IMG/VR virus record: IMGVR_UViG_3300030708_001148
From: an uncultured virus (IMG/VR IMGVR_UViG_3300030708_001148)
Taxonomy: Duplodnaviria; Heunggongvirae; Uroviricota; Caudoviricetes
Length of the DNA stretch: 20,000 bases
Strand: one strand, 5' to 3'
A program made the position numbers and the translations under genes. Under the pieces are notes generated by a model. It did no database searches, was not told the DNA's origin, and saw nothing but the letters and a program-made list of their open reading frames with translations. Each line of letters opens with the position of its first letter. The stretch's first letter is position 1. Of the stretch, positions 1-7,125 are shown piece by piece.

Positions 1-759
1 ATCAGTCTTGAAATTGGCTTGACCTGCTATGGTTATTGTAGAAGTTGCTTGAACAGGAGAAACGTAGTGAGTTGGTGTTCCACTAACCACTATTTGTCCA
101 GTAGCCTTAACATCTACAGGAAGATTATTGTAGTTACTTATCGTTATAGTTCCTTGTGGATTGCTACCTGTAGCACTAGTAGATACCCTTTGGTAAGAAG
201 TGCTTGCTATGTCATAATACGCAGAGGAATCATAGTAGTTTCGTAGTGTGTTTACTGGTTTAATGACAGTATCAGATTGTATTGTCTTTGTGACACCACC
301 AGAAGTAACCTCTGCTACTATCTTGTATTCTGCGGGTTGATTGTAAGAACTGCTAGTTGTGTTTTGCAAGTATAACTTTAGGTTGGTGTTGTAAAACAGC
401 ATTAGTTTGTGAGTCAAATATGCCGCAGATGCACCTTCACCTAGATAGCCCACACTTTCGTAAGTAGTATTCCTATTGGATAGGGTATCGTTAGGGTATG
501 GTGGAGTCTTGGTTGAATCTAGAATGCCGTGCCTACCCGCAGTACGGCTTCCTATGCCATTTACGTCATAAGGAGTAATTAGGGCTTCTAAGGTAAATGT
601 GTCTTTATGTGCCCATAGTGGCCTTAACCTCGCACTAGCGGCACTAGTGCTACCATCACTACCCACAGTAACAGGTTCATCATAGTTGATATTCAAGTAG
701 CCCTTACACAATAGAGGAAAAACCAATTTGTATGGTTTACCGACATATGCACTAACCAT
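1..759 (-). CDS. Putative tail-tip/tail fibre protein (partial, runs off the left edge; missing from ORF track)
   Basis: ATG at 759-757 preceded by GGGTGA RBS; open for 253 codons to position 1: MVSAYVGKPYKLVFPLLCKGYLNINYDEP...HKDTFTLEALITPYDVNG...; Thr/Ser/Gly-rich; FTLEALI resembles LamG/concanavalin-like 'FTxEAWI'; lies downstream of the tape measure gene. Confidence 0.7.
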   Translation of the reverse strand, partial: MVSAYVGKPYKLVFPLLCKGYLNINYDEPVTVGSDGSTSAASARLRPLWAHKDTFTLEALITPYDVNGIGSRTAGRHGILDSTKTPPYPNDTLSNRNTTYESVGYLGEGASAAYLTHKLMLFYNTNLKLYLQNTTSSSYNQPAEYKIVAEVTSGGVTKTIQSDTVIKPVNTLRNYYDSSAYYDIASTSYQRVSTSATGSNPQGTITISNYNNLPVDVKATGQIVVSGTPTHYVSPVQATSTITIAGQANFKTD

Positions 760-761
760 GT

Positions 762-1472
762 TCACCCATCCAAGAAATTGTCCGACAACACTACGGCCTC
801 TTCAAATTCTAGACTGAAACTAACGTTAGGAAATTCAGCACCAGAAATATTAGTGCTAAATGAACGTATGAAACCAGTTAATCCTACGGTTCCGTCTATC
901 GTTTCATCAGATTCATTTACCGTAAATGGTGTGAAGTATTTTGAGTTTGCACCAAGAGATGCAAAGTCGTTGTCATATCCCCTATTCTTGAAAGTAAATG
1001 GAATTAATGGTAATAACTCTATGTCGTCATTCTCAGCAGTACCATTATGATAGGCAAAGTTCTCATCTACCCTACTAGGAATCAGAACAATCAATCTGTT
1101 TAGGTTCTGGTCATCTTGAAAAGTACTTGAATCTACGTAGGAATGTATGAGTTGTGCCATTTCATATGCAGTCAACCTTACGTTATCTTTCAGGCTATTA
1201 GCATCCTTCTGCTTGGATATTCTCTGGTCCATCAACATCCCACTTAGACTCAGGTTCTTTCCTGCTTGACCTACATCGAAAGCAAGGTTGAGAGACTCAC
1301 CTCTAACTGCACCAGAGAATGGAACACCTGCGTTTATCACAAGTTTAGATGTGGAGATACTAATGTTATCCACAAATAGGGGAATACGGTTAACGTGACC
1401 GCTTCCTATGTCATTTCTTCTACCTAGTTCTAAGAAGCACTTGAAGTTCTGACCCTTGAAACCCTGTGACAT
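762..1472 (-). CDS. Putative distal tail/hub protein (236 aa)
   Basis: Directly follows the tape measure gene with TAATG stop/start overlap; beta-rich with C-terminal 'GFIRSFSTNISGAEFPNVSFSLEFEEA' typical of tube-fold/Dit-like proteins. Function inferred mainly from position. Confidence 0.55.
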   Translation of the reverse strand: MSQGFKGQNFKCFLELGRRNDIGSGHVNRIPLFVDNISISTSKLVINAGVPFSGAVRGESLNLAFDVGQAGKNLSLSGMLMDQRISKQKDANSLKDNVRLTAYEMAQLIHSYVDSSTFQDDQNLNRLIVLIPSRVDENFAYHNGTAENDDIELLPLIPFTFKNRGYDNDFASLGANSKYFTPFTVNESDETIDGTVGLTGFIRSFSTNISGAEFPNVSFSLEFEEAVVLSDNFLDG

Positions 1473-2887
1473 TATGCAAACCTCACAGTTGAACTACTTG
1501 TTCTGTTGACCTGAGTGTTGATTTCTCTTGCGACCTTGTTTGCTATGTCTCGTATTTCCATGTCTGATGCTCCAACTCTTCCCGTTACATTCACATTGAT
1601 GACAGTTCCACCCATTCCCCTACTAGCGAAGTTAGAATGAACTCTAGCCCCTCTTGGTAATGATACTAGTTCTGGTCCACCTTCACCGACTATTGCCATA
1701 CCAGAATTTGCCATCACTCCGCCACTAGCAAATGTGTTCGTATTCTGTCCTGCGGCCATCCTTTGCAAAAAGTGGCTTCCTTGATAGGCTCTTATTCCTC
1801 CATAAACAAGACTCCCTTGTGCTAATTTATCCAATTGGTTCAGCCTCTTCTTGACACCGGATGATTTTTCTCCTAGATATTTGTCTATGGCTAGTCCAAT
1901 GTCTTCGGCTAATCCACCACTTACAATGTAATCCTTCAACTCTACAAATTTCTTAAGAGTAAATTCTCCAACTACCTTTAGTAATGCCATTATTCCTTTT
2001 CCTATAGGTACGAGAATTTTATTGAAATAAATTGAAAGTGAATCTATAACTCTTCCCTCAAAGATAGCAACCATCAACTCTTTTACTCCTATTAAAATTT
2101 CAACTATCCTATCTCTAGCATTAGCAAACTTCTGTCTTTGTTCTGGTGTTAAATTACGTACATATCCTACACCCCAACGTAAGATTTTGAACAGCAATGG
2201 AGCCAACAGAATAAGCAAGCCGAAACCGAATAATAACTTACCAAACACAATTAATCCTTTGAACAAGAAACTTGGTAATGCTCTAAATGCTTTCTTAATA
2301 TTATCATATTGTCTAGCAATCTTACCCATAAATCCCTGTTCTTTGTATTTCTCTTCTTTAACGTATGCTTCTATTTGAGAATCTAATTGGTCTTGTTGTA
2401 TCTTAATCATGTCATCAAATTGTTTCTTGGTTGCCTCCATTGCAGATAAACCACCTAGAGATGCACCTGCACCTTTCAAACGTTGATTGAGGGCTAATCT
2501 ATCCTGAAATTCCTTTCCTTCCATTATTTCTAATGCGGCTTTCTTTTCTTCTAATCCCGTTAAAGCAGAACCATCTCTTTTGAACAGGCCCGTTTCTGGT
2601 ATTTTCTCTGATATTTTAACAAAGTCTTCTGAGACTTTCGTTAATTCTTTTTGTCTTTCTATTGCTTTTTTTTGAGCATTATACATCAAGACAAAACCAT
2701 CATTTATTCCCTTTATTTTGTTTGATATTTTCCAAAAAGGACTACCTACGAACAATCTGTTCATCATAATCCAAGCACGGTTGCCTTTTATCTGATTGGC
2801 AAACGCAAATCTTAGTTTATCAGTAGAACCTGCTAAGGCTTCGTTAGCCGCCGCCATGTTGTAGATTTCTTTTGTTTCATCCGCCAC
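1472..2887 (-). CDS. Tail tape measure protein (471 aa)
   Basis: GTG start with GGAGG RBS; helical/coiled-coil composition, hydrophobic segment (LPSFLFKGLIVFGKLLFGFGLLILLAPLLF), C-terminal 'FASGG...AIVGEGGPELVSLPRGARV' motif common at TMP ends; follows the tail chaperone. Confidence 0.8.
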   Translation of the reverse strand: MADETKEIYNMAAANEALAGSTDKLRFAFANQIKGNRAWIMMNRLFVGSPFWKISNKIKGINDGFVLMYNAQKKAIERQKELTKVSEDFVKISEKIPETGLFKRDGSALTGLEEKKAALEIMEGKEFQDRLALNQRLKGAGASLGGLSAMEATKKQFDDMIKIQQDQLDSQIEAYVKEEKYKEQGFMGKIARQYDNIKKAFRALPSFLFKGLIVFGKLLFGFGLLILLAPLLFKILRWGVGYVRNLTPEQRQKFANARDRIVEILIGVKELMVAIFEGRVIDSLSIYFNKILVPIGKGIMALLKVVGEFTLKKFVELKDYIVSGGLAEDIGLAIDKYLGEKSSGVKKRLNQLDKLAQGSLVYGGIRAYQGSHFLQRMAAGQNTNTFASGGVMANSGMAIVGEGGPELVSLPRGARVHSNFASRGMGGTVINVNVTGRVGASDMEIRDIANKVAREINTQVNRTSSSTVRFA

Positions 2888-3107
2888 TCTTTACCCTCCG
2901 TTTGATATTGTCTAACTCATCTGCTTGTATTTTCTCCGCTTCCCCATGTATGAGTAACATGTCTAACAACAAAGGCAACGGTGTATGTCGCGCTTCATTG
3001 GGACTGATGTTAAATGTTCTACAGTAGGTATACAATAGAATCTGCATACCTACTTTCAAATCAGTCTGTCTGCCTTGTAATCCCTTACGGATTAGTTGGC
3101 TTTTTTT
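2877..3107 (-). CDS. C-terminal extension (T-like part) of the tail assembly chaperone, reached by -1 frameshift
   Basis: The -1 frame reads KK-SQLIRKGLQGRQTDLKVGMQILLYTYCRTFNISPNEARHTP... to TGA at 2879-2877; no convincing own RBS; it opens one codon before the A7 slippery run. Confidence 0.75.
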   Translation of the reverse strand, partial: KKSQLIRKGLQGRQTDLKVGMQILLYTYCRTFNISPNEARHTPLPLLLDMLLIHGEAEKIQADELDNIKRRVKSGG

Positions 3108-3119
3108 GTATCAGCCTCC
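3078..3119 (-). promoter_or_regulatory. Programmed -1 ribosomal frameshift signal
   Basis: mRNA GGAGG (3119-3115), 7 nt spacer, A AAA AAA heptamer (3107-3101), 6 nt spacer, hairpin UAAUCC-GUAAG-GGAUUA (3094-3078). Confidence 0.8.
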
Positions 3120-3448
3120 ATCATCTCACCAAAGGGATTCGGAAGAACTTCCTTCAATTGTGACCCAATATAGGGACTCAATCTCAGCATTTCTATGGGA
3201 GACAACGAAGGTTCTGTTTTCTCAACAAACTCTTCTATCATATAACGATACATTTTATCCATATTGATGTCAAGTTGTTGATTACCATCAACTTTCATCA
3301 AGGTTCCAAGTGCTTGTTCCACTTGAAGCCATGTGGGTTCCTTTACCCACACTTTCAATATATCGTCTGAATCAGGGCTAACCCTCAATTCATGGCATTC
3401 GGTATCACTTTTGGCAAATAGCCTACTCTTATCTTCTACTACTTTCAT
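3092..3448 (-). CDS. Tail assembly chaperone (G-like, ~118 aa)
   Basis: Probable ATG at 3448 (MKVVEDKSRLF) with AGGTGG RBS rather than the ORF-track start 3487; sits between tail tube and tape measure; ends ...DTKKAN on a slippery run. Confidence 0.75.
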   Translation of the reverse strand: MKVVEDKSRLFAKSDTECHELRVSPDSDDILKVWVKEPTWLQVEQALGTLMKVDGNQQLDINMDKMYRYMIEEFVEKTEPSLSPIEMLRLSPYIGSQLKEVLPNPFGEMMEADTKKAN

Positions 3449-3453
3449 GTTTC

Positions 3454-3531
3454 TTTCCACCTTCATAAAAAACCAACAAACAAACAATGTTGGTGGAAAC
3501 TAATGGGTATTCTTGTGCTTTTTGAATACCC
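3454..3531 (-). terminator. Structured intergenic region after the tail tube gene (hairpins plus U-tract)
   Basis: Inverted repeats GGGTATTC(3505-3512)/GAATACCC(3524-3531); CCAACA(3473-3478)/TGTTGG(3488-3493) followed on the mRNA by U6 (3472-3467); TTTCCACC(3454-3461)/GGTGGAAA(3492-3499). Confidence 0.5.
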
Positions 3532-3534
3532 TCC

Positions 3535-5178
3535 CTAATAATCTTGATTTATGATTGCCCACATTCCCTTATACTTGCAAGAATGCAATGTTCTTGCTGA
3601 TAGTGTTAGATTCAGTTCTACTGGTCCCTTGTCTTCTGGGAAGGGGAAATCTACTGATTGAGTTATGAAGTCCCTGAGTTCTATCTCGATGAAATCACCA
3701 TCAGCAATACCTACATTCTCATCTGCTTGTAAGGTGTCGTCAGCATCCGAGTCAAACTCCAAATCCTTGCTGAATTTTAGTATTATCTTGTTGTCTGCAC
3801 CTAGATGCTCTCCTTCCTGCCGAAGATAGTTGTAGATTTTCATATCTGTTACAAGCATCGTGAAACTCAAATCATAGGTTCTTTGCCCACCAATGTGTGC
3901 AGAAACCATATCTTTACTGTAGTTTCCAATGTATCTGTGAGCAGTTAGGTTGTTATTGATAGTAAGACTTCCATTCTTTATCTTAGCCCAAGTTTGTCCG
4001 TAAAGAGTGATTGTGCCGTCTGAGTAGAAATAAGGCTCTACGTTTCTATCTGGATACATGGTGGCATTATCCCTGAAATTAGATAGTTTCTCTAGTTCAT
4101 TCGTCTTACCGTTTCTAGGTGCATACCCAGAGGGAACATCAAACAACCTTCTGGACATCAAATCCAGAGAACACTTGAGTTCCTGTCCTTCCTCAAAGTT
4201 CATGGTAAAAGTATTGACTTGACAACCTGTCACGATTCTTGTGAAGATATCTGCATATGGGCTACTACCGTCTAGACCTCCTGTGTATCTGTTTTCGGTG
4301 GCTATATCTTCTTTCTCATAACTAACCTCAATTGCAAATGATGGAAGAGTTCCATCGTTTCTTTCCGTAAAGGTGTATAGCATGGCACTTGAACCTTCAT
4401 CCGTGTCTAACTTCTCTAAGTCATTGTATGCCTCTAACTCACCAGTCATTACTCCTTGACTCCAAGTGGTAGGGGCTGGAGGGAATATCTTGTTGCCTTC
4501 GACTCTGTATATTCTAGTACTATCGTGCGCGGGTACGGCAAATCCAGTGTATCCATCAGTAACTGCGGGTAAAACATCATCAGTTGTGTCAATGGAATCA
4601 ATCCTACCTAATGCATAATACAACCAAGCACCATGATTCATCGAGATATCCATTGATACTCCTGTAACAGTAGAGCCTTTCTTGTATTGGTATGTGAGGT
4701 TTCTAGTTCCACCCAGAGCCAAGTTCATCTGTGCTATCTCAACTTCAAGTGAAGGAGGGGTGAAACTGTTAACCAATCCTAGCCAATTATCAGAAAGAAG
4801 CGTATAACTACCGTTTGTCGGGTCTACTGATACACAGGGACTACCGTAGGCTTCCAATGTAGCAGTTACAGTAGTAGCCCCAGATGTATCTTCTTCTAAT
4901 GCAACCTCTGCATTCTCATCAAAAGTAAAGGCAGTAGCCGTGTTTGACTTGACCATGAAAGACATAGTTTTGCTTGAGCCTGTGATTCTAATCATACAAC
5001 CCTGATACAAATCTGGTACTAATACGTAGTTGTTAGTGAAATCTGTGTGAGGAGTCAATGTCGCTCCGTCTAAATCTGCATTATCACCCAAATATATGCT
5101 AGTCTCTGGAATAAATGTGGCAGAAGCACCTGCACCCGACCACACCTCATTTTGAATTATACTGTTAGTCGTTGCCAT
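3535..5178 (-). CDS. Major tail tube protein (547 aa)
   Basis: Tube-type segments 'LPSFAIEVSY', 'TRIVTGCQVNTFTMNFEEGQELKCSLDLMS', 'KIKNGSLTINNNL', 'GQRTYDLSFTM', 'GPVELNLTLSAR'; located between terminator and chaperone; no sheath gene in the block. Confidence 0.75.
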   Translation of the reverse strand: MATTNSIIQNEVWSGAGASATFIPETSIYLGDNADLDGATLTPHTDFTNNYVLVPDLYQGCMIRITGSSKTMSFMVKSNTATAFTFDENAEVALEEDTSGATTVTATLEAYGSPCVSVDPTNGSYTLLSDNWLGLVNSFTPPSLEVEIAQMNLALGGTRNLTYQYKKGSTVTGVSMDISMNHGAWLYYALGRIDSIDTTDDVLPAVTDGYTGFAVPAHDSTRIYRVEGNKIFPPAPTTWSQGVMTGELEAYNDLEKLDTDEGSSAMLYTFTERNDGTLPSFAIEVSYEKEDIATENRYTGGLDGSSPYADIFTRIVTGCQVNTFTMNFEEGQELKCSLDLMSRRLFDVPSGYAPRNGKTNELEKLSNFRDNATMYPDRNVEPYFYSDGTITLYGQTWAKIKNGSLTINNNLTAHRYIGNYSKDMVSAHIGGQRTYDLSFTMLVTDMKIYNYLRQEGEHLGADNKIILKFSKDLEFDSDADDTLQADENVGIADGDFIEIELRDFITQSVDFPFPEDKGPVELNLTLSARTLHSCKYKGMWAIINQDY

Positions 5179-5726
5179 TACGTCACACTCCTACCCATTC
5201 GCTTCATCTCCACCGATAACCTATAACCTAATAGTTTCTTTCCTCTGTCATTTGCATCACTTCGACTAGTTATTTTAATCGTATCGGCACTTTCTCTATA
5301 TGTCGTTCCACCTTCTGTAGTAGTTACCTGTGGTCGTAATGAATTGTTTTCTATGATATACCTTACGATTCTATACAAATCTTGAAGCCTAGTTCTACCA
5401 GTAATCTTGTTTCCATCCGTATTTACGAAATCCCTACGATATAGAACCCTTATGTGTACTGTGAAGGTAAATGTATCATTTCTGACTGCATAGTCAATAG
5501 TAGGGTAACTGGTTGAATTGCTATCTTCGTAAATTACGATTATAGCACCGCTATCGGCATCTGCTCTCCTTCCTTCATTTGCCTCGACTGAGCGTACATC
5601 AACGATTTGAGGAACTGATACTGCACCATGTATCTGATTAGCACTTGCTAACGCTACAGAGGCGGAAGACCAATTATCCTTGAGTAGCCTCACTAAGAAG
5701 GTAACTTCATCCAATATTACTACCAT
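5178..5726 (-). CDS. Putative tail terminator/tail completion protein (182 aa)
   Basis: Immediately upstream of the tube gene with TAATG overlap; 'LVRLLKDNW...FTFTVHIR...RLQDLYRIVRYII...YRLSVEM' alpha/beta pattern typical of gpU/gp17-like proteins. Confidence 0.6.
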   Translation of the reverse strand: MVVILDEVTFLVRLLKDNWSSASVALASANQIHGAVSVPQIVDVRSVEANEGRRADADSGAIIVIYEDSNSTSYPTIDYAVRNDTFTFTVHIRVLYRRDFVNTDGNKITGRTRLQDLYRIVRYIIENNSLRPQVTTTEGGTTYRESADTIKITSRSDANDRGKKLLGYRLSVEMKRMGRSVT

Positions 5727-5992
5727 TATTTTATCTCCTTTACTTTTGGAGCCTTTGACATCTTAAATGACTGTATCATTTTCTTATTGGCTTCTAGCAT
5801 CAATTCTTTAGATTTGATTAGGGATTGCCTTATTGCACTTTCTATTACCTCACTATCTGTACGGTAGTAATTTTCTAACCCATGTTCTTTCAGATATTCT
5901 TCCATATCCATTTCTTTTCTAATGATGTCTTTTCGTAGAGTATCAATATCTGCGGCTTTGGTCATTAGTGCGTTTGCTTCCTCTATTGACAT
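5726..5992 (-). CDS. Hypothetical neck-region protein (~88 aa)
   Basis: Likely ATG at 5992 (MSIEEANALM), 4 nt after the adaptor stop; helical and charged; stop overlaps the next start. Confidence 0.6.
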   Translation of the reverse strand: MSIEEANALMTKAADIDTLRKDIIRKEMDMEEYLKEHGLENYYRTDSEVIESAIRQSLIKSKELMLEANKKMIQSFKMSKAPKVKEIK

Positions 5993-5996
5993 AATA

Positions 5997-7124
5997 TCAG
6001 TCCACGAATACGATAGTCTCCTTCTTACCATCAATTATCTTATTCGCTTCCTCAATCAATATGTCATGTTTTGCTCGTAAGTCAATGTTAGAGCCTGTCT
6101 CAGCAATTAGTATGGAGTTATCGTCATGACGAATGACTTCTGCCGCTACAAACTTGGTTGCGGCATCATGAATAGAAGCGGGTACTCTAGCATCTCCCGC
6201 AACATAGGATACCTTCAAGGAATGACTCCTACGGTATGGGTATTCTTGTCTGAATAGAACTATACCCTCATCAGATAGTTTCCAGAAGTCTTCGTTTCTA
6301 CCTTGATTCTCTATTGTGGCAAAGTCAGTTACCGTACCAAATGTAGAAGTCAAGACGTTATTCTTTCCGTCATCTCCCGGCAAGAGAGAAGTAATGCAAA
6401 CAGTATCAGAATACTCTGTATCTACAGATGCATAGAAGAAATCAGAGACATGATAATTCTTGCCATTGACTACAATTGTACTTCCGCTTGATGGGTCTAC
6501 TGCTATGATAGATTTAGCACTATTTTCCATTGTAAATTTAGCAGTCTTTGCCGGAAACACTTCATTGATGCAGTCAGCAATCTGACTTGCCGTTGTCTTA
6601 GGCCCGTAATCATCATAGAAATCTTGAACCAAAGATGTGTTCTTCAAATCAAACCTTAACTTGGCAGGTAGCCCTACTGTCAATGATATCGTCCAATCGC
6701 TTGTTGTTGCTGTTGAAGGAACCTTTAGTTTAGCCGTCACACCTGCTAAATCTACGTATTCGTTTCCTTGCCAAGCCTCCAATCTCAATATCTTCTGTAT
6801 CTTTCGATGTTGTAATTTGATGAATCCTACGTAATCCTTCCACTCTCTAACAGGATAGTGAGCCAATCTGCCATAGTTGAAATCATGTACTTCATTATGA
6901 TAAATCAGAGGTCTGTAAGACATCTTGGTCTTCTCATCTATCTTATCCTCCACCCTTTTGATTATCTTTCCTACTTCTGCCTTAGTAGGAGTTGTATTAG
7001 TGCCAAATTGGGCTATTTGCAAGAGATTTGAGACATCTGTATGGGTAGTATAGTACCCATTACCCTCATCGTATTCTCCTGCGTTAATGTTTGTAAAATC
7101 ACTAGGGGAACTAACCTTGCCCAC
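5997..7124 (-). CDS. Head-tail adaptor/connector protein with a large insertion (~375 aa)
   Basis: Probable GTG at 7124 after GAGGTGA RBS; N-terminal 'YYTTHTDVSNLLQ...PTKAEVGKIIKRVEDKIDEKT' and C-terminal 'LKVSYVAGDARVPASIHDAATKFVAAEV' match HK97 gp6/SPP1 gp15-type adaptors. Confidence 0.7.
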   Translation of the reverse strand: MGKVSSPSDFTNINAGEYDEGNGYYTTHTDVSNLLQIAQFGTNTTPTKAEVGKIIKRVEDKIDEKTKMSYRPLIYHNEVHDFNYGRLAHYPVREWKDYVGFIKLQHRKIQKILRLEAWQGNEYVDLAGVTAKLKVPSTATTSDWTISLTVGLPAKLRFDLKNTSLVQDFYDDYGPKTTASQIADCINEVFPAKTAKFTMENSAKSIIAVDPSSGSTIVVNGKNYHVSDFFYASVDTEYSDTVCITSLLPGDDGKNNVLTSTFGTVTDFATIENQGRNEDFWKLSDEGIVLFRQEYPYRRSHSLKVSYVAGDARVPASIHDAATKFVAAEVIRHDDNSILIAETGSNIDLRAKHDILIEEANKIIDGKKETIVFVD

Positions 7125-7125
7125 C

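Noticed and set aside
2877..3448. Tail chaperone as a pseudogene or sequencing frameshift
   Set aside because: Position, slippery heptamer and flanking stimulators fit programmed frameshifting better; a homopolymer error cannot be fully excluded without reads.
3535..5178. 547-aa protein as a contractile tail sheath
   Set aside because: The size fits, but the motifs are tube-like and no separate tube gene lies before the chaperone.
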